From assembly GCF_009914755.1 (NCBI RefSeq), contig NC_060926.1: a DNA stretch of 64,000 bases. One strand, given 5' to 3'. Shown here one piece after another: positions 32,071-44,538 of the stretch. The notes beneath the pieces are model-generated. The model had not been told where the DNA came from and did not search any database. It saw nothing but the letters and a program-made list of their open reading frames with translations. Made by a program: the position numbers and the translations under genes. Each line of letters opens with the position of its first letter. Position 1 is the first letter of the stretch. Source of the stretch: the human T2T-CHM13v2.0 reference genome, Homo sapiens.

Positions 32071-33266
32071 TGAATAAACTTTCTACCCCAAACTCTCTCT
32101 CTTTCTCTCTTCTTTAGGGCCAATATCTCTTAGATTTGTCCTTTCGAGGCAATTTTCTAGGTCTTGTAGGCATGCTTCATTCTTTTTTATTCTTTTTTCT
32201 TTTGTTACCTCTGTGTTTTCAAATAGCCTGTCTTCTGGTTCACTAATTATTTCTTGTGCTTGATCAATTCTGCTGTTAATGAACTCTGATGCATTTTTCA
32301 GTATGTCAACTGCATTTTCAGTTCCAGAATTTCTGCTTGGTACTTTTTAATTATTTCAATTTATTTGTTGAACTTATCTGATGGAATTCTGAATTCCTTT
32401 TATGTGTTACCTTGGATTTCATTGAGCTTCCTCAAAACAGCTGTTTTGAATTCTCTGTCTGAAATATTACATATCTCTGTTTCTCTAAGATTGTTCCCTG
32501 ACAACTTATTTAGTTTATTTGGTGAGGTCATGTTTTCCTGGCTGGTCTTGATGCTTGTGGATATTCTCCACTGTCTGGGCATTAAAGAGTTAGGTATTTA
32601 CTTAGCCTTGCAGTCTGGGCTTGTTTTTAACCATTGTTCTTGGGAAGGCTTTCCAGGTATTCAAGGGGACTTGGGTGTGGTGATCTTAGTCTTTGGTCAC
32701 TGTAGCCATACCTGCTTTAGGGGTCAACCCAGACTGAATAATTCTTTGGCTCTTGCAGACTCAGTCTTGGGTAGAATTCCCTGTATTACTAGGCAAAGAC
32801 TATTTTTCTCTTCCTTTACTTGCCTGCAAACAAACAGAGTCTCTCTCTCTCTTTGTGCTTGGAGTTGGGAACTTTAGAAATCTACCTGGTGCTCTATTCT
32901 ACTGAGCCTGTGCTGGCCCCCAAGCCTCAAGACAAAGTCATTACCACTCTTCCCTCCCCTTTCCTCGAGTAGAGCAGTATCTCCCCATGGCCACCAGTGA
33001 CCCAGGACCATGATAAATACTACCTGGTTACCACCAATGTTACTCAAGGTCCACGGGCCCTTCAGTCAGCTTGTCATGAGTGCTGCCAGTCCTGAGTTAC
33101 TCCCTTAAGGGTACTATGCTCCCCTCTGGCCAAAGGGAGCTCCAGAAATGCTGTCCAGGAGTCATGGTCTGGAATCAGGGATCCCAGGAACCCACTTGTT
33201 GCTCTACTCCACTGTGACTGAACTGGTACCCAATCTGCAAGACAGTCCCCTTTACTCTTTCCTCTC

Positions 33267-33631
33267 TGTATTAGTCCATTCTCATGCTGCTAATAAAGAC
33301 ATACTCGAGACTGGGTAATTTATAAAAGAAAGAGATTTAATGGAATCACAGTTCCACGTGGCTGGGGAGGTCTCACAATCATGGCGGAAGACAAAGAAAG
33401 AGCAAAGGGACTTCTTACATGTTGGCGGGCAAAGAGGGCTTGTGCAGGGGAACTCCTATTTATAAAACCATCAGATCTTGTGAGACTTATTTATTATCAT
33501 GAGAACAGCATGAGAAAGACCCATCCCCATGATTCAGTTACCTCCCACTGGGTCCATTCCGTAACACATAGGAATTATGGGAGGTAAAATTCACGATAAG
33601 ATTTGGATGGGGACACAGCCAAACCATATCA
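33267..33631 (-). mobile_element. THE1 solo LTR
   Basis: TGTATTAGTCCATTCTCATGCTGCTAATAAAGACATA..CAGCCAAACCATATCA; perfect TSD CTCTC. Confidence 0.93.
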
Positions 33632-33727
33632 CTCTCCTTTCCTCAGACAGGTTCTCTCTTCTTATCAATCACACCTGGCAATGTGCTGGGTTTAGGTGGA
33701 TTCCCAAATTTCCCAAGTTCCAAACGT

Positions 33728-36115
33728 TGATGTGGTTTGGCTCTGTGTTCCCACCCAAATCTCATGTCAAATTGTAATTCCAGGTGTTATGGGAGGGGCC
33801 TGATGGGAGTAGATTGGATCATGGGGACAGATTTCCCCCTTGCTGTTCTCATGATAGTGAGTGAGTTCTTACAAGATCTGAGTGTTTAAAAGTGTGGCTC
33901 TTCCCCCTTTTGTCTGTCTTTCTCCTGCCCATCATGGTAAGATGTGCCGTGCCTTCCCTTCAACTTCTCCATAATTGTAAGTTTCCTGAGGCCCCCTGAG
34001 CCATGTGGAACTGTGAGTCAATTAAACCTCTTTTTTAAATAAATTACCTAGTCTCATGTAGTTATTTATAGTAGTGCGATAACAAACTAATACAGAACAT
34101 TGGTACCAGGAGTAGGGCACTGCTGTGAAGATACCTGAATATGTGGAAGTGACTTTGGAGCTGGGTAATGGGCAAAAGTTGAAACAGTCTGGAGGGCTCA
34201 GAAGAAGACAGGAAGATGTAGGAAAGTTTAGAACTTCCTAGAGACTTATTGAATGATTTTGGCCAAAATACAGATAATGATGTGGACAATGAATTCCAGG
34301 CTCTGGTGGTCTCAGATGGTGATGAGAAATTTCTTGGGAACTGGAGCAAAGGTCACTCTTGCTATCCTTTAGCAAAGAGACTGGCTGCATGCTGCCCCTA
34401 CCCTAGAGATCTGTGGAACTTTAAATTTAGGAGAGATGATTTAGGGTATTTAGTGGAAGAAATTTCTAAGCAGAAAAGAGTTCAAGATATGGCCTGGCTT
34501 TTTCTAAAAGTGTATGCTCATAAGTGTGAAGAAAGAGATGCTCTGAAATTAGAACTTATGTTGAAAAGGGAAGCAGAGCAAAGAAGTTTGTTAAATTTGC
34601 AGCTTGACCATGTGGTAGAAAAGAAAAACCTATTTTCAGGGGAGAAATTCAAGTTAGCTGCAGAAATTTGCATAAGTAACGAGAAGCCAAATGTTAACAG
34701 CCAAGACAATGGGGAAAATGTCTCCAAGGTATGTCAGAGATCTTCACAGCCGTTCCTGCCACCACAGGCCTGGAGGCCTAGGAGGGAAAAATGGTTACAT
34801 GGGCTGGGCCCAGGGCCCTGTTGCTGCTCTGTGCAGCCTCGGAACTTGGTGCAGTGCATCCCAGACACTTCAGCTCCAGCCGTGGCTAAAAAGAGCCAAG
34901 GTACAGCTCAGGCTATTTCTTCAGAGGGTGCAAGTCCCAAGCCCTGGCAGCTTCCACATGGTGTTGGACCTGCAGGTGTGCCAAAGGCAAGAATTGAGGT
35001 TTGGAAACCTCTGCCTAGATTTCAGAGGATGTATGGAAACACCTGGATGTCCAGGCAGAAGTCTGTTGCAGCAGTGAAGCCCTCATGGGGAACCTCTATT
35101 AGGGCAGTGCAGAGGGGAAATGTGAGGTGTAGCCCCCATACAGTGTTCCCACTGGGGCACTTCCTAGTGGAGCTGTGAGAAGAAGGCCACTGTCTTCCAT
35201 ACCCCAGAATGGCAGATCCATTGACAGCTTGTACCATCCACCTGGAAAAGCCTCAGGCACTCAATGCCAGATCATGAAAGCAGTCACAGAACTGTACCCT
35301 TCAGAACCACAGGAATGGGGTTTCCCAAGGCTGTGGGAGCCCACCTCTTGCATCAGTGTGCCCTGATATGAGACATGAAGTGAAAGGGGATTTTGGAGCT
35401 TTAAGATTTAATCACTGCCCTGCTGGGTTTTGGACTTGCATGGGGTCTGTAGCCCCATGGTCAATTTGTCCCATTATAAAATGGTCAATTTATCCCTTTT
35501 GGAATAGGAACATTTACCCGATACCTCCCTAATGTATCTTGGAAGTAGCTAACTTGTTTTTTATCTTCCAGGCTCATAGGTGGGAGGGACTTGCCATGTC
35601 TCAGATGAAACTTTGGACTTGGACTTTTGAGTTAATTCCAGAATGAGTTAAGACTTTGGGGGACTGTTGAGAAGGCATGATTGGTTTCAAAATGTAAGAT
35701 GGAAATGATATTTGGAAGGGGCCAGGAGCAGAAGGATATGGTTTGGTTCTGTGTCCCCATCCAAATCTCATGTTGAATTGTAATCCCCACATGTCAGGAG
35801 AGGGGCCTGGTGGGAGGAGATTGGATCATAGGGGTGGATTTCTTCTTTTCTGTTCTCATGATAGTAAGGGAGTTCTCATGAGATCTGATGGTTTAAAAGT
35901 GTGGAACTTCCCCATTCATTCTCTCTCTCTCTCTCTTTCTCTCTTCTGCTCCACAATGGCAAGATGTGACTTGCTTTCCTGTCACTTTATGCCATGATTG
36001 TAAGTTTCCTGAGGTTTCCCCAGCCATGTGGAACTGTGAGTCAATTAAACCTCTTTTTTTTGTAAATCACCCAGTATCAGGTTATTTTTCATAGCAGTGT
36101 GATAATGGACTCATA
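33728..36115 (+). mobile_element. MSTA-like MaLR complete provirus (LTR 33728-34094, internal 34095-35733, LTR 35734-36115)
   Basis: Two MST-type LTRs, TGGTACCAGG after the 5' LTR, a 1.64-kb internal region, and a purine tract before the 3' LTR. Confidence 0.9.
34249..35178 (+). pseudogene. MaLR internal ORF remnant (309 open codons)
   Basis: Translation matches the MaLR-int ORF (VVSDGDE..GNWSKGHSCY..RDDLGYLVEEISKQ). Upstream in-frame stops include TAG at 34219. Confidence 0.8.
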
Positions 36116-38626
36116 ATACTTGCAGTCAGTACAGCTGTTAGTCTCACCCAAGGCCCATGGAAAGTATTGCCTGGCTAGCACTGCTGATTATTCAGGGCTC
36201 AAGGGCTCTTGATTCAGCAGGTGGTAAATTCTGCCAGGAATGGGTCCCTTTCCTTCAAGGCAGAGGCTTCCCTTCTGGTCCTGGATGTGTCTAGAAATGT
36301 CTGGGAGCTAGATCCTGGAATGGAAACTTCAGGACTGTGCTTGGTGATGATGTCTCACTAGCTTGTGTTCACTCCAAGCCCACTGGCTTCAAGCCCAGCA
36401 TAGCACTAGGCCTTGCCCACAAATTGCAGTCCTTGCGACCTACAGTCCCTTTCAAATTTATTTAGGATCCTGAAGTTCTTTAGCTGATGGTGGTGCTGCT
36501 TGCTGGAATTCAGGTTCCCACTGCTGGGACAAATGATTTGCCTTTTGCTAGGGCTGGTCTAAATGCTCCCTCTGTGAGGATTGGCTGAATTCTGCTTCAT
36601 ATTGCTTTCTGCTGTGACAGGGCAACACTGAGTTCCAACGCAAAATTCCACAATCACCGCGCTCTCCCTTTCCCAATTACACGTATTCTGTCTCTGTGCT
36701 GTGCAGCTACTAGCTACCACCAGGGGCTAGGAAAGGGGTAGCAATTCAAGACTATCTTTCCTACCCTCTCCAGTGTCTCTTTCCTTAGTATGTGTTAGAA
36801 TGAGGAACCGTGATTGTTTACTTGATTTTTAGTTCTTATAAAGGTGCTTTTGTGAGAATGGATAGTTGTTCAATTTTGTGTTCCTGCAGGAGACATGATT
36901 GCTGGGGGCTTTTATTTGGCCATCTTGCTCCATCTTCTCTGGGGCCCCCAATACAGTTTTATTTCTTTTTCCCTGACAAATTCATTAATCTTATAAATAA
37001 AATAAACATATTCATTAATTTAGAAAATAACACATTTTTGATATGAATGTAAACCAGAAATTGTCAATAAAGTAAGGCATTCCTTTTGACACATATACAT
37101 ATATTTCAAATCCTTCTTAAGTGCTCTACCAAGTTCTCATAAAGGCCTACATTTCACTTTTGCAAAATGTGAGCACAACTTTTAATACTAATCTATCCCA
37201 GAGAATGTTGGGGAAATCAATACTGTGATGTTCTGTAGAATAGAATATACTTTCTTTATAATAGATGAGATGCTTGCATCATATCCAGCAAGCTCTAAAA
37301 CATGTTATGTGTTTCCTAAACTATGTATAAAATAGTCCCATAGGTGTACCAGAATTTGCTATTAGGGCAATAAGTTGTTCTGATATAACAGTGATATTGC
37401 TAAGTATTGACCAAGAAAATATGAGACAACAGTAGGTGACTTAAAAATCATTGTGAGACCCTGTTTTATAGGGTGATTGTGTTGTAATTATTATTAATGT
37501 ATAATTACTGCTAAAGATTAGCATTATTGCTCATTGTTCTTCTGAGCTTTTCAAAACTTTCATGTGTAGCCAAAATTGCTAGCATTTGAAGGTGTACAGC
37601 AAATAAGAAAGGCTGAGATAAAGACATTAATGCCTTTGTTTAAGGAATGAGCAAAGAAGACACATTTCATGATCAGAATCATAGTTATTAGAAATGGGAA
37701 TAATGAGATAATAAGAGGTAAGTAGGAATGTGTATCAGAATCTGCAATCTTTCCTCCCCTACCTCCTTACAGAATATCTGTTTTCCTCTCCCAGAGATGA
37801 GGCAAGTTCAAGTCTTTGGGTTTTCACTAAAAAGGAAAGTGTCTCACCCTTTCCTGGAACTCTCTTCTACTCAGAAGCAAAAGGGATGGAGCCTACCAAG
37901 AACTGGGTAGTGACTGAGCTGCCTTTCCTTCAGCAATGTCCCCAACATCATCAGCTACCATAAACACATACATTTACACTCTGTACTCAACACACTTGAC
38001 TACAGAGTGCCCAGCTCCTTCCTCATGCTCTAAAGTCTAGGCCTCAGTGACTTCTGTTAAAAGGAAAAATCTTTTCAATAGATTTGCAATAAAGGTATCC
38101 TTTGACAGGGGCTGGACACCCAAGGAATCCCATTTCTTTGATCCAGGTCCACAACCGCTTCAACTAAGTGTGGTGTATATATTCAGATAGATTTATATGA
38201 CAAAGTGAAAAGTATTCCTCAGGAAAATTGTCTCCATTATATGACAAATTCATATTTGTGAGAAAGAGAAAAGAGAATAATCATTTATTTCTGGGACAAA
38301 GTGGATCTAATCTACAAATATTTTGTGTTTTTAGTTTTCTACTTCAGTCAAACTGATTGAAATTAACCTCTAAAACAAACAAACGAACAAAAACCTTAAG
38401 AAAGATTCTCACTTATGTTGGAAAATTGAGGCAACATGAAAGTGATTTGTTATTCTGTAATTACTGTGTAAAGTACTGTGCTAGGTACTGTGAATACAAA
38501 ATAAATTGGTCACAAGAAATCCTTAGTCTCCATGGGGAAAGTCACTCTTCCCATACTATACAACTCAGAAAATGCCTCTGGATCCTGTTTTTTGCTTTCT
38601 CTTTCAAGCACACACTTTCTCTCTTT

Positions 38627-38631
38627 GTGTA

Positions 38632-38686
<55 letters not shown>

Positions 38687-38700
38687 TTATATATATATGT
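38627..38700. repeat. (TG)n(TA)n microsatellite
   Basis: Visible dinucleotide runs. Confidence 0.95.
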
Positions 38701-39067
38701 CCCTTTCTATTTTATATAAATATTTATTTAAATTTCTGTCTCTTTCCTTCAAGGAGTCAGGAAGGGCTTTGTATTTAAAATGAACTTTCAATTGAGATGC
38801 AATGAATGGATATTGTCAGATAGACAGGGAAGGAAGGGCAAAGAAGGTTTAGGTAGCCCCTGTAAATGGACAAAGTTGTCAATAGTTGGATCTATTTAGG
38901 GAATTCTATGCAGTTTAAGATTATTGGAGTGCAGGGTTTAGGGGGGCATTACAGGAATGAAATTGTGGGGAAGAAAGCAGGGGCTAGATTATTATTTAAC
39001 GATATGAAGCTGCTTGGACCTTATTTTTTAAGAAAGTATGAGTTATTGACTGGTTTTAAAAAGGCTT

Positions 39068-39562
39068 TGGTGGTTTTAAAATATGGCCATAAATTATCTT
39101 ATATTCTTCATGTGAACTGTCCTTAGTGACTCACTTCCAAGGAATAGAATGCGGTCGAAGTGACTGTGAGCAACATCTGAAATTAGGATATAAAAAACAT
39201 TGTGAATTCCTCCTGGCTCTTTCTTGAATTCCTTACTCTGGGCAAATGAGGTGACATACTATAAGGACACTCATGCACCCTTATAGAGAGTCCCACTTGG
39301 TAAGGGTCTAAGGTCTCCTGGTAACACCTATGTGAGTAAATCATGTTGGGAGTAGACCACCCAGCTCCAATCAAGCCTTCAGATAGCTGCAACCCTGGCC
39401 AACACCTTGACTGCAAGCAACCTCCTGAGATACTTTGAACAAGAACCACCCAGATAAAGTCTTTCTGAATTTCTAACCCTCAACAACTTTGCAACATAAT
39501 ACATGTAGTTTTAGTCACTAAGTTTAGGGTAATTTGCTATGCAGGGATTGATAACTGATAGA
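39068..39562 (+). mobile_element. MLT1 (F/G/H-like) MaLR LTR
   Basis: CAAGCCTTCAGAT..CTGCAACCCTGGCCAACACCTTGACTGCAA..TAAGTTTAGGGTAATTTGCTATGCAG..GATAACTGATA. Confidence 0.75.
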
Positions 39563-39879
39563 TATTACTTGATCAGATTGTCATGTTAAAAGGGTCACTC
39601 TAGGAGATCAGGATGTGTCTTCTCATTCTTTGTCACTAGATAATGCTTATTCTGACAGTAGAGCTGTGTCTAGAACTTTAATCATGCACCTCTGGATTGA
39701 AAAGGCAAGAACTGCCCTAATTTACCATAATACTGTTCAGTGCTGTGATGGGAGAACTCACAAGCAAAAATAAACCTAGAGAATAAATATTAAGCCAACC
39801 AATTTAGTCCTGTCTATATGTTTCAGAAAGGAAAGGAAAAACAAAATGAAATACAAGAATGTCAGTGTCATTTCTCATC

Positions 39880-40130
39880 ACTTTGGATTATAGAACTTCA
39901 GATTCCTCTTTCCGTTCCTGACTTAATACCAGAGAGCTTCTAAGTGAACACTTCCTATGATAAGGAAACTCATTACCTCCCCGAAACACCCAATTCTCTG
40001 TTAACCAGTTCTGGTTGTTAAGTTATTCTTGCTTTGGTTGAGGTGAAATCATACTCCACAAAACCTTACTTAATTCTTCCTAGTTCTACTCTGTCAACCA
40101 AACAGAATAAATATTCTCCTTCCACATGAC
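39880..40130 (-). mobile_element. L3/CR1 fragment
   Basis: GAACACTTCC..GGAAACTCATTACCTCCC..TCCTAGTTCTACTCTG..CAGAATAAAT..CCTTCCACATGAC. Confidence 0.45.
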
Positions 40131-40294
40131 TGGAAGATATTTAAATATTTAATAGTATCTTAAAATAATATTTCCTTTGAAGCACTCTGTGGAAGAAATT
40201 TCTACATTGATCTAGAGATTCATCTGGGTGACAACCAAGATTCTATTATTTTATGAAACAGTTGTCATCATAAACCCCACAGATGCAATAAGGA

Positions 40295-40480
40295 AAATAA
40301 CAACTACTCTATATTGAGTGATGGCCAGGTGCCAAATGCTCAGAGTTAACCTTTGCAGTAACCCTGCAGAGATGGTTTCATTATTCCACTCGTGTAGATT
40401 AGGAAACCAAGTAAAATGCCCATTTGTGTGTAGTTAGTAAGTGATAGAGCTAAGATTTATGTGTAGTTCTGTATTCCTTT
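40295..40480 (-). mobile_element. MIR
   Basis: TATTGAGTG..GGTGCCA..GTAGATTAGGAAACC..TAGTAAGTGATAGAGCT. Confidence 0.55.
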
Positions 40481-41501
40481 TCTTCTTGAGAGGAAAGGGG
40501 GAATACCAAAAAAGAGAGAAAGACATAAATTTAAAATTGCAATTTAAATAGCTGTAGTGCTATGTCTTATGTTCGACCTCTTGTAGGTTGATTAACCTTA
40601 CTATTCTCATTGTAAAGAAGTTTTAGGAGCACGTTGTGCGCATTGAATTGGAAAATATTCTGAGTTCCTGGCCTGTTCTTCCTTTATCATTTTGATCTAA
40701 GATCTAAATTCATAGTTTCAGACAATTTAGTTTGACACGTATTTCTCCATCAGTACTGTTAAACTCCTACATTGCTTTAGTTTTTCAGGGAAATACCAGA
40801 CTTTGTTCAAGCAATTATTTGAATGTTATCATACAAATTTTAAATATTTTCTAAAGTATTTTAATTTTTGACTGAAATAGTAAAATGGCTAAATGAAGTA
40901 GGAACTATGGATTACAGATATATAAAGGAAAAATAGCATTTTAGGGGTCTTACACATTTGGGATTTGTCCTTTAATAAATTGTTTTTGTTGATTTCAATT
41001 TTATTTGCCAGATGTATTTGCTTACCTTAAGGTCCTTGTATAATTACTACAATTAATGAGTTGTTCATTATTTTGCTACCACCATTGATTTTAAATTAAT
41101 TGATTTTTAAATTCTGACAGTGTCTTCTATTTCTCATACTACTAGTTGCCTTTAGTGCTCCAAGGGCATTGTTTAATTTCAGTGTTCCAAACTTTTATAT
41201 AAATAGATATATTATGTTAAATAAACACTTGAAAAAGTTTGAAAAACATTTTCCCATGGATCCTAATACAAGTAAGCAGAAATTGTATAGAGATGTATTT
41301 TAGTTTTGAATATCAATTTATTATAATAAGACAGAGGGCCTTTGGAAGATAATATTAGTTAAACAGTAAAAGAATTCTGTTTTTAAAAAGAGCCTAAAAG
41401 CCTGGGCTTTGAAATCAAAGGGAGTGAACTACTAACAGATGTGCAATATCAGGTTGTAATCTCCCTGTCTTTGGTATTCTCATTGTAAAATAAAGATAAT
41501 A

Positions 41502-41852
41502 CAGGTTGAGTATCCCTAATCTGAAAATGCAAAATCTGAAATGCTCTGAAATCTGAAACTTTTTGAGCACTGACATGACACCACAAGTAGAAATTCCACA
41601 TATGACCTCATGTGATGGGTCACAGTCAAAAACACTGTCAAAACTTTGTTTCATGCACAATATTATTAAAAATATTATATCAAATTGCCTTTAGGCTATG
41701 TTTATAAGGTGTATATGAAACATAAATGAATTTCATGTTTAGACTTCAGTCCCATTCCCAAGGTATTTTATCATGTATATGCAAATACTCCAAATTCCAA
41801 AATTCAAAACACTTCTGGTCCCAAGCATGTTTGATAAGGCACAATCAACCTG
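41502..41852. mobile_element. Tigger4b (Zombi/MER46)-like DNA transposon
   Basis: TIRs CAGGTTGAGTATCCCT..ATC / GATAAGGCACAATCAACCTG, preceded by TA; about 350 bp. Confidence 0.85.
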
Positions 41853-43451
41853 TCATATGCTCTTCAGAGATGATGAGTTGATGATATAAGGATTAATGTA
41901 CAAGGCAGTGAGCAATTATTATTGTCTGTGATTGTGAGGTGATCACATCAACTAAACTGAGATACTTCTAAGAGTAAAAGGAGTGCTAAAATAACTTAAA
42001 TTACTCTATAATTTTTTTTGAAATATTATTTTGTAGGCCAACTTTGTTATATAAGTAAACCTATTCAAAAATAATTTTAAAAATTATAGTTTCTAAAAAT
42101 AAGAACTAAGGAAAAGAGTAGCATGGTGGTTGGCAAGATGGCCAATAGGAACAGCTCCGGTCTGCAGCTCCCAGTGAGATCAATGCAGAAGGTGGGTTAT
42201 TTCTGCATTTCCAACTGAGGTACCTGGCTCATCTCATTGGGACTGGTTAGACAGTGGGTGCAGCCCACGGAGGGCGAGCAGAAGCAGGGTGGGGTGTCAC
42301 CTCACCTGGGAAGGGCAAGGGATCGGGGAACTCCCTCGCCTAGCCAAGGGAAGCCATGTGCTGTGAGGAAAGGTGCATTCCAGCCCAGATATTACGCTTT
42401 TCCCATGGTCTTCCCAGCTTGCAGACCAGGAGATTCCCTCGGGTCACTACACCACCAGGGTGCTGGATTTCAAGCACAAAACTGGACAGATGTTTGGGCA
42501 GACACTGAGCTAGCTGCAGTTATTTTTCATGTCCCAGTGGCACCTGGAATGCCAGTGAGACAGAAACATTCACTCTCCTGGAAAGGGGGCTGAAGCCAGG
42601 GAGCCAAGTGGTCTAGCCCAGTGGATCCCACCCCCACAGAGCCCAGCAAGCTAAGATCCACTGGCTTGAAAAGGGGATCTCACTGCCAGCACAGCAGTCT
42701 GAAGTCGACATGGGATGCCTGGGCTTGGTGGGGGGAGGGACTTCCACCATTACTGAGGCTTGAGTAGGCGGTTTTCCCCTCACAGTATAAACAAAGCTGC
42801 CAGGAAATTTGGACTGGGCAGAGCCCTCTGCAGCATGGCAAAGCTGCTGTAGCCAGACTGCCTCTCTAAATTCCTCCTCTCTTGGCAGGGCATCTCTGAA
42901 AGAAAGGGAGCAGCCCCAGTCGGGGGCTTATAGATAAAACTCATCTCCCTGGGAAAGAGCACCTGGGGGAAGGGGCAGCAGTGGGCACAGCTTCAGCAGA
43001 CTTAAATGTTCCTTCCTGCCGGCTCTGAAGAGAGCAGTGGATCTCCCAGCACAGCGCTTGAGCTCTGCTAAGGGACAGATTGCCTCCTCAAGTGGGTCCC
43101 TGACCCCTGTGCCTCCCTACTAGGAGACACCTCCCAGCAGGGGTCGACAGACACCTCATACAGGAGAGCTACTGCTGGCATCTGGCGGGTGCCCCTCTGG
43201 GACGAAGCTTCCAGAGGAAGGAATAGGCAGCAAACTTTACTGTTTTGCAGCCTCCACTGGTGATCCAGGCAAACAGGGTCTGGAATAGACCTCCAGCAAA
43301 CTCCAGCAGACCTGCAACACGGGGACCTGACTGTTAGAAGGAAAACTAACAAGCAGAAAGGAATCGCATCAACATCAACAAAAAGGACGTCCACACAGAA
43401 ACCCCATACAAAGGTCACCATCAAAGACCAAAGGTAGACAAATCCACGAAG

Positions 43452-44475
43452 ATAAGGAAAAACCAGGGCAAAAAGGTTGAAAATTTAAAAAACCAGAATG
43501 CCTCTTCTCCTCCAAAGGATCACAACTCCTCGCCAGCAAGGGAAAAACTCTGGATGGAGAGTAAGTTTGATGAATTGACAGAAGTAGGCTTCAGAAGGTG
43601 GGTAATAACAAACTCCTCTGAGCTGGAGGAGCATGTTCTAACCCAATGCAAAGAAGTTAAGAACCTTGAAAAAAAGGTTACAGGAATTGCTAACTACAAC
43701 AACCAGTTTAGAGAAGAACATAAATGACCTGATGAAGCTGAAAAACACAGCACGAGAACTTCGTGAAGCATACACAAATATCAATAGCCAAATCAATCAA
43801 GCAGAAGAAAGGATATCAGAGATTAAAGATCAACTTAATGAAATAAAGCGTGAAGACAAGTTTAGAGAAAAAAGAATGAAAAGGAACGTACAAAGCCTCC
43901 AAGAAATATGGGACTATGTGAAAAGACCAAACCTACATTTGATTGGTGTACCTGAAAGTGACAGGGAGAATGGAACCAAGTTGGAAAACACTCTTCAGGA
44001 TATAATCCACGAGAACGTCCCCAACCTAGGAAGACAGGCCAACATTCAAATTCAGGAAATACAGAGAACACCACAAAGATACTCCTCAAGAAGAGCAACC
44101 CCAAGACACATAATTGTCAGATTCACCGAGGTTGAAATGAAGGAAAAAATGTTAAGGGCAGCCAGAGAGAAAGGTTGGGTTACCCACAGAGGGAAGCCCA
44201 TCAGACTAACAGCGGATCTCTCTGCAGAAACCCTACAAGCCAGAAGAGTGGGGGCCAAAATTCAACATTCTTAAAGAAAAGAATTTTAACCCACAATTTC
44301 ATATCCAGCCAAACTAAGCTTCATAAGTGAAGTAGAAATAAAATTCTTTACAGACAAGCAAATGCTGAGAGACTTCATCCCCACTAGGCCTGCCTTACAA
44401 GAGCTCCTGAACGAAGCACTACATACAGAAAGGAAAAACTGGTACCAGCCACTGCAAAAACATACCAAATTATAA
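43452..44475 (+). pseudogene. L1 ORF1p, disrupted
   Basis: Start codon reads ATA. ORF 43666-44274 contains SLQEIWDYVKRPNL and TPRHIIVRF. Frameshift near 44245. Confidence 0.88.
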
Positions 44476-44538
44476 AGGCCATCAACACTATGAAGAAACT
44501 GCATCAACTAATGGGCAAAACAACCAGCTAGCATCATA

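Noticed and set aside
32365-32877. 170-aa hydrophobic plus-strand ORF
   Set aside because: Antisense to the L1MA ORF1/5' region; T-rich antisense L1 commonly gives hydrophobic ORFs.
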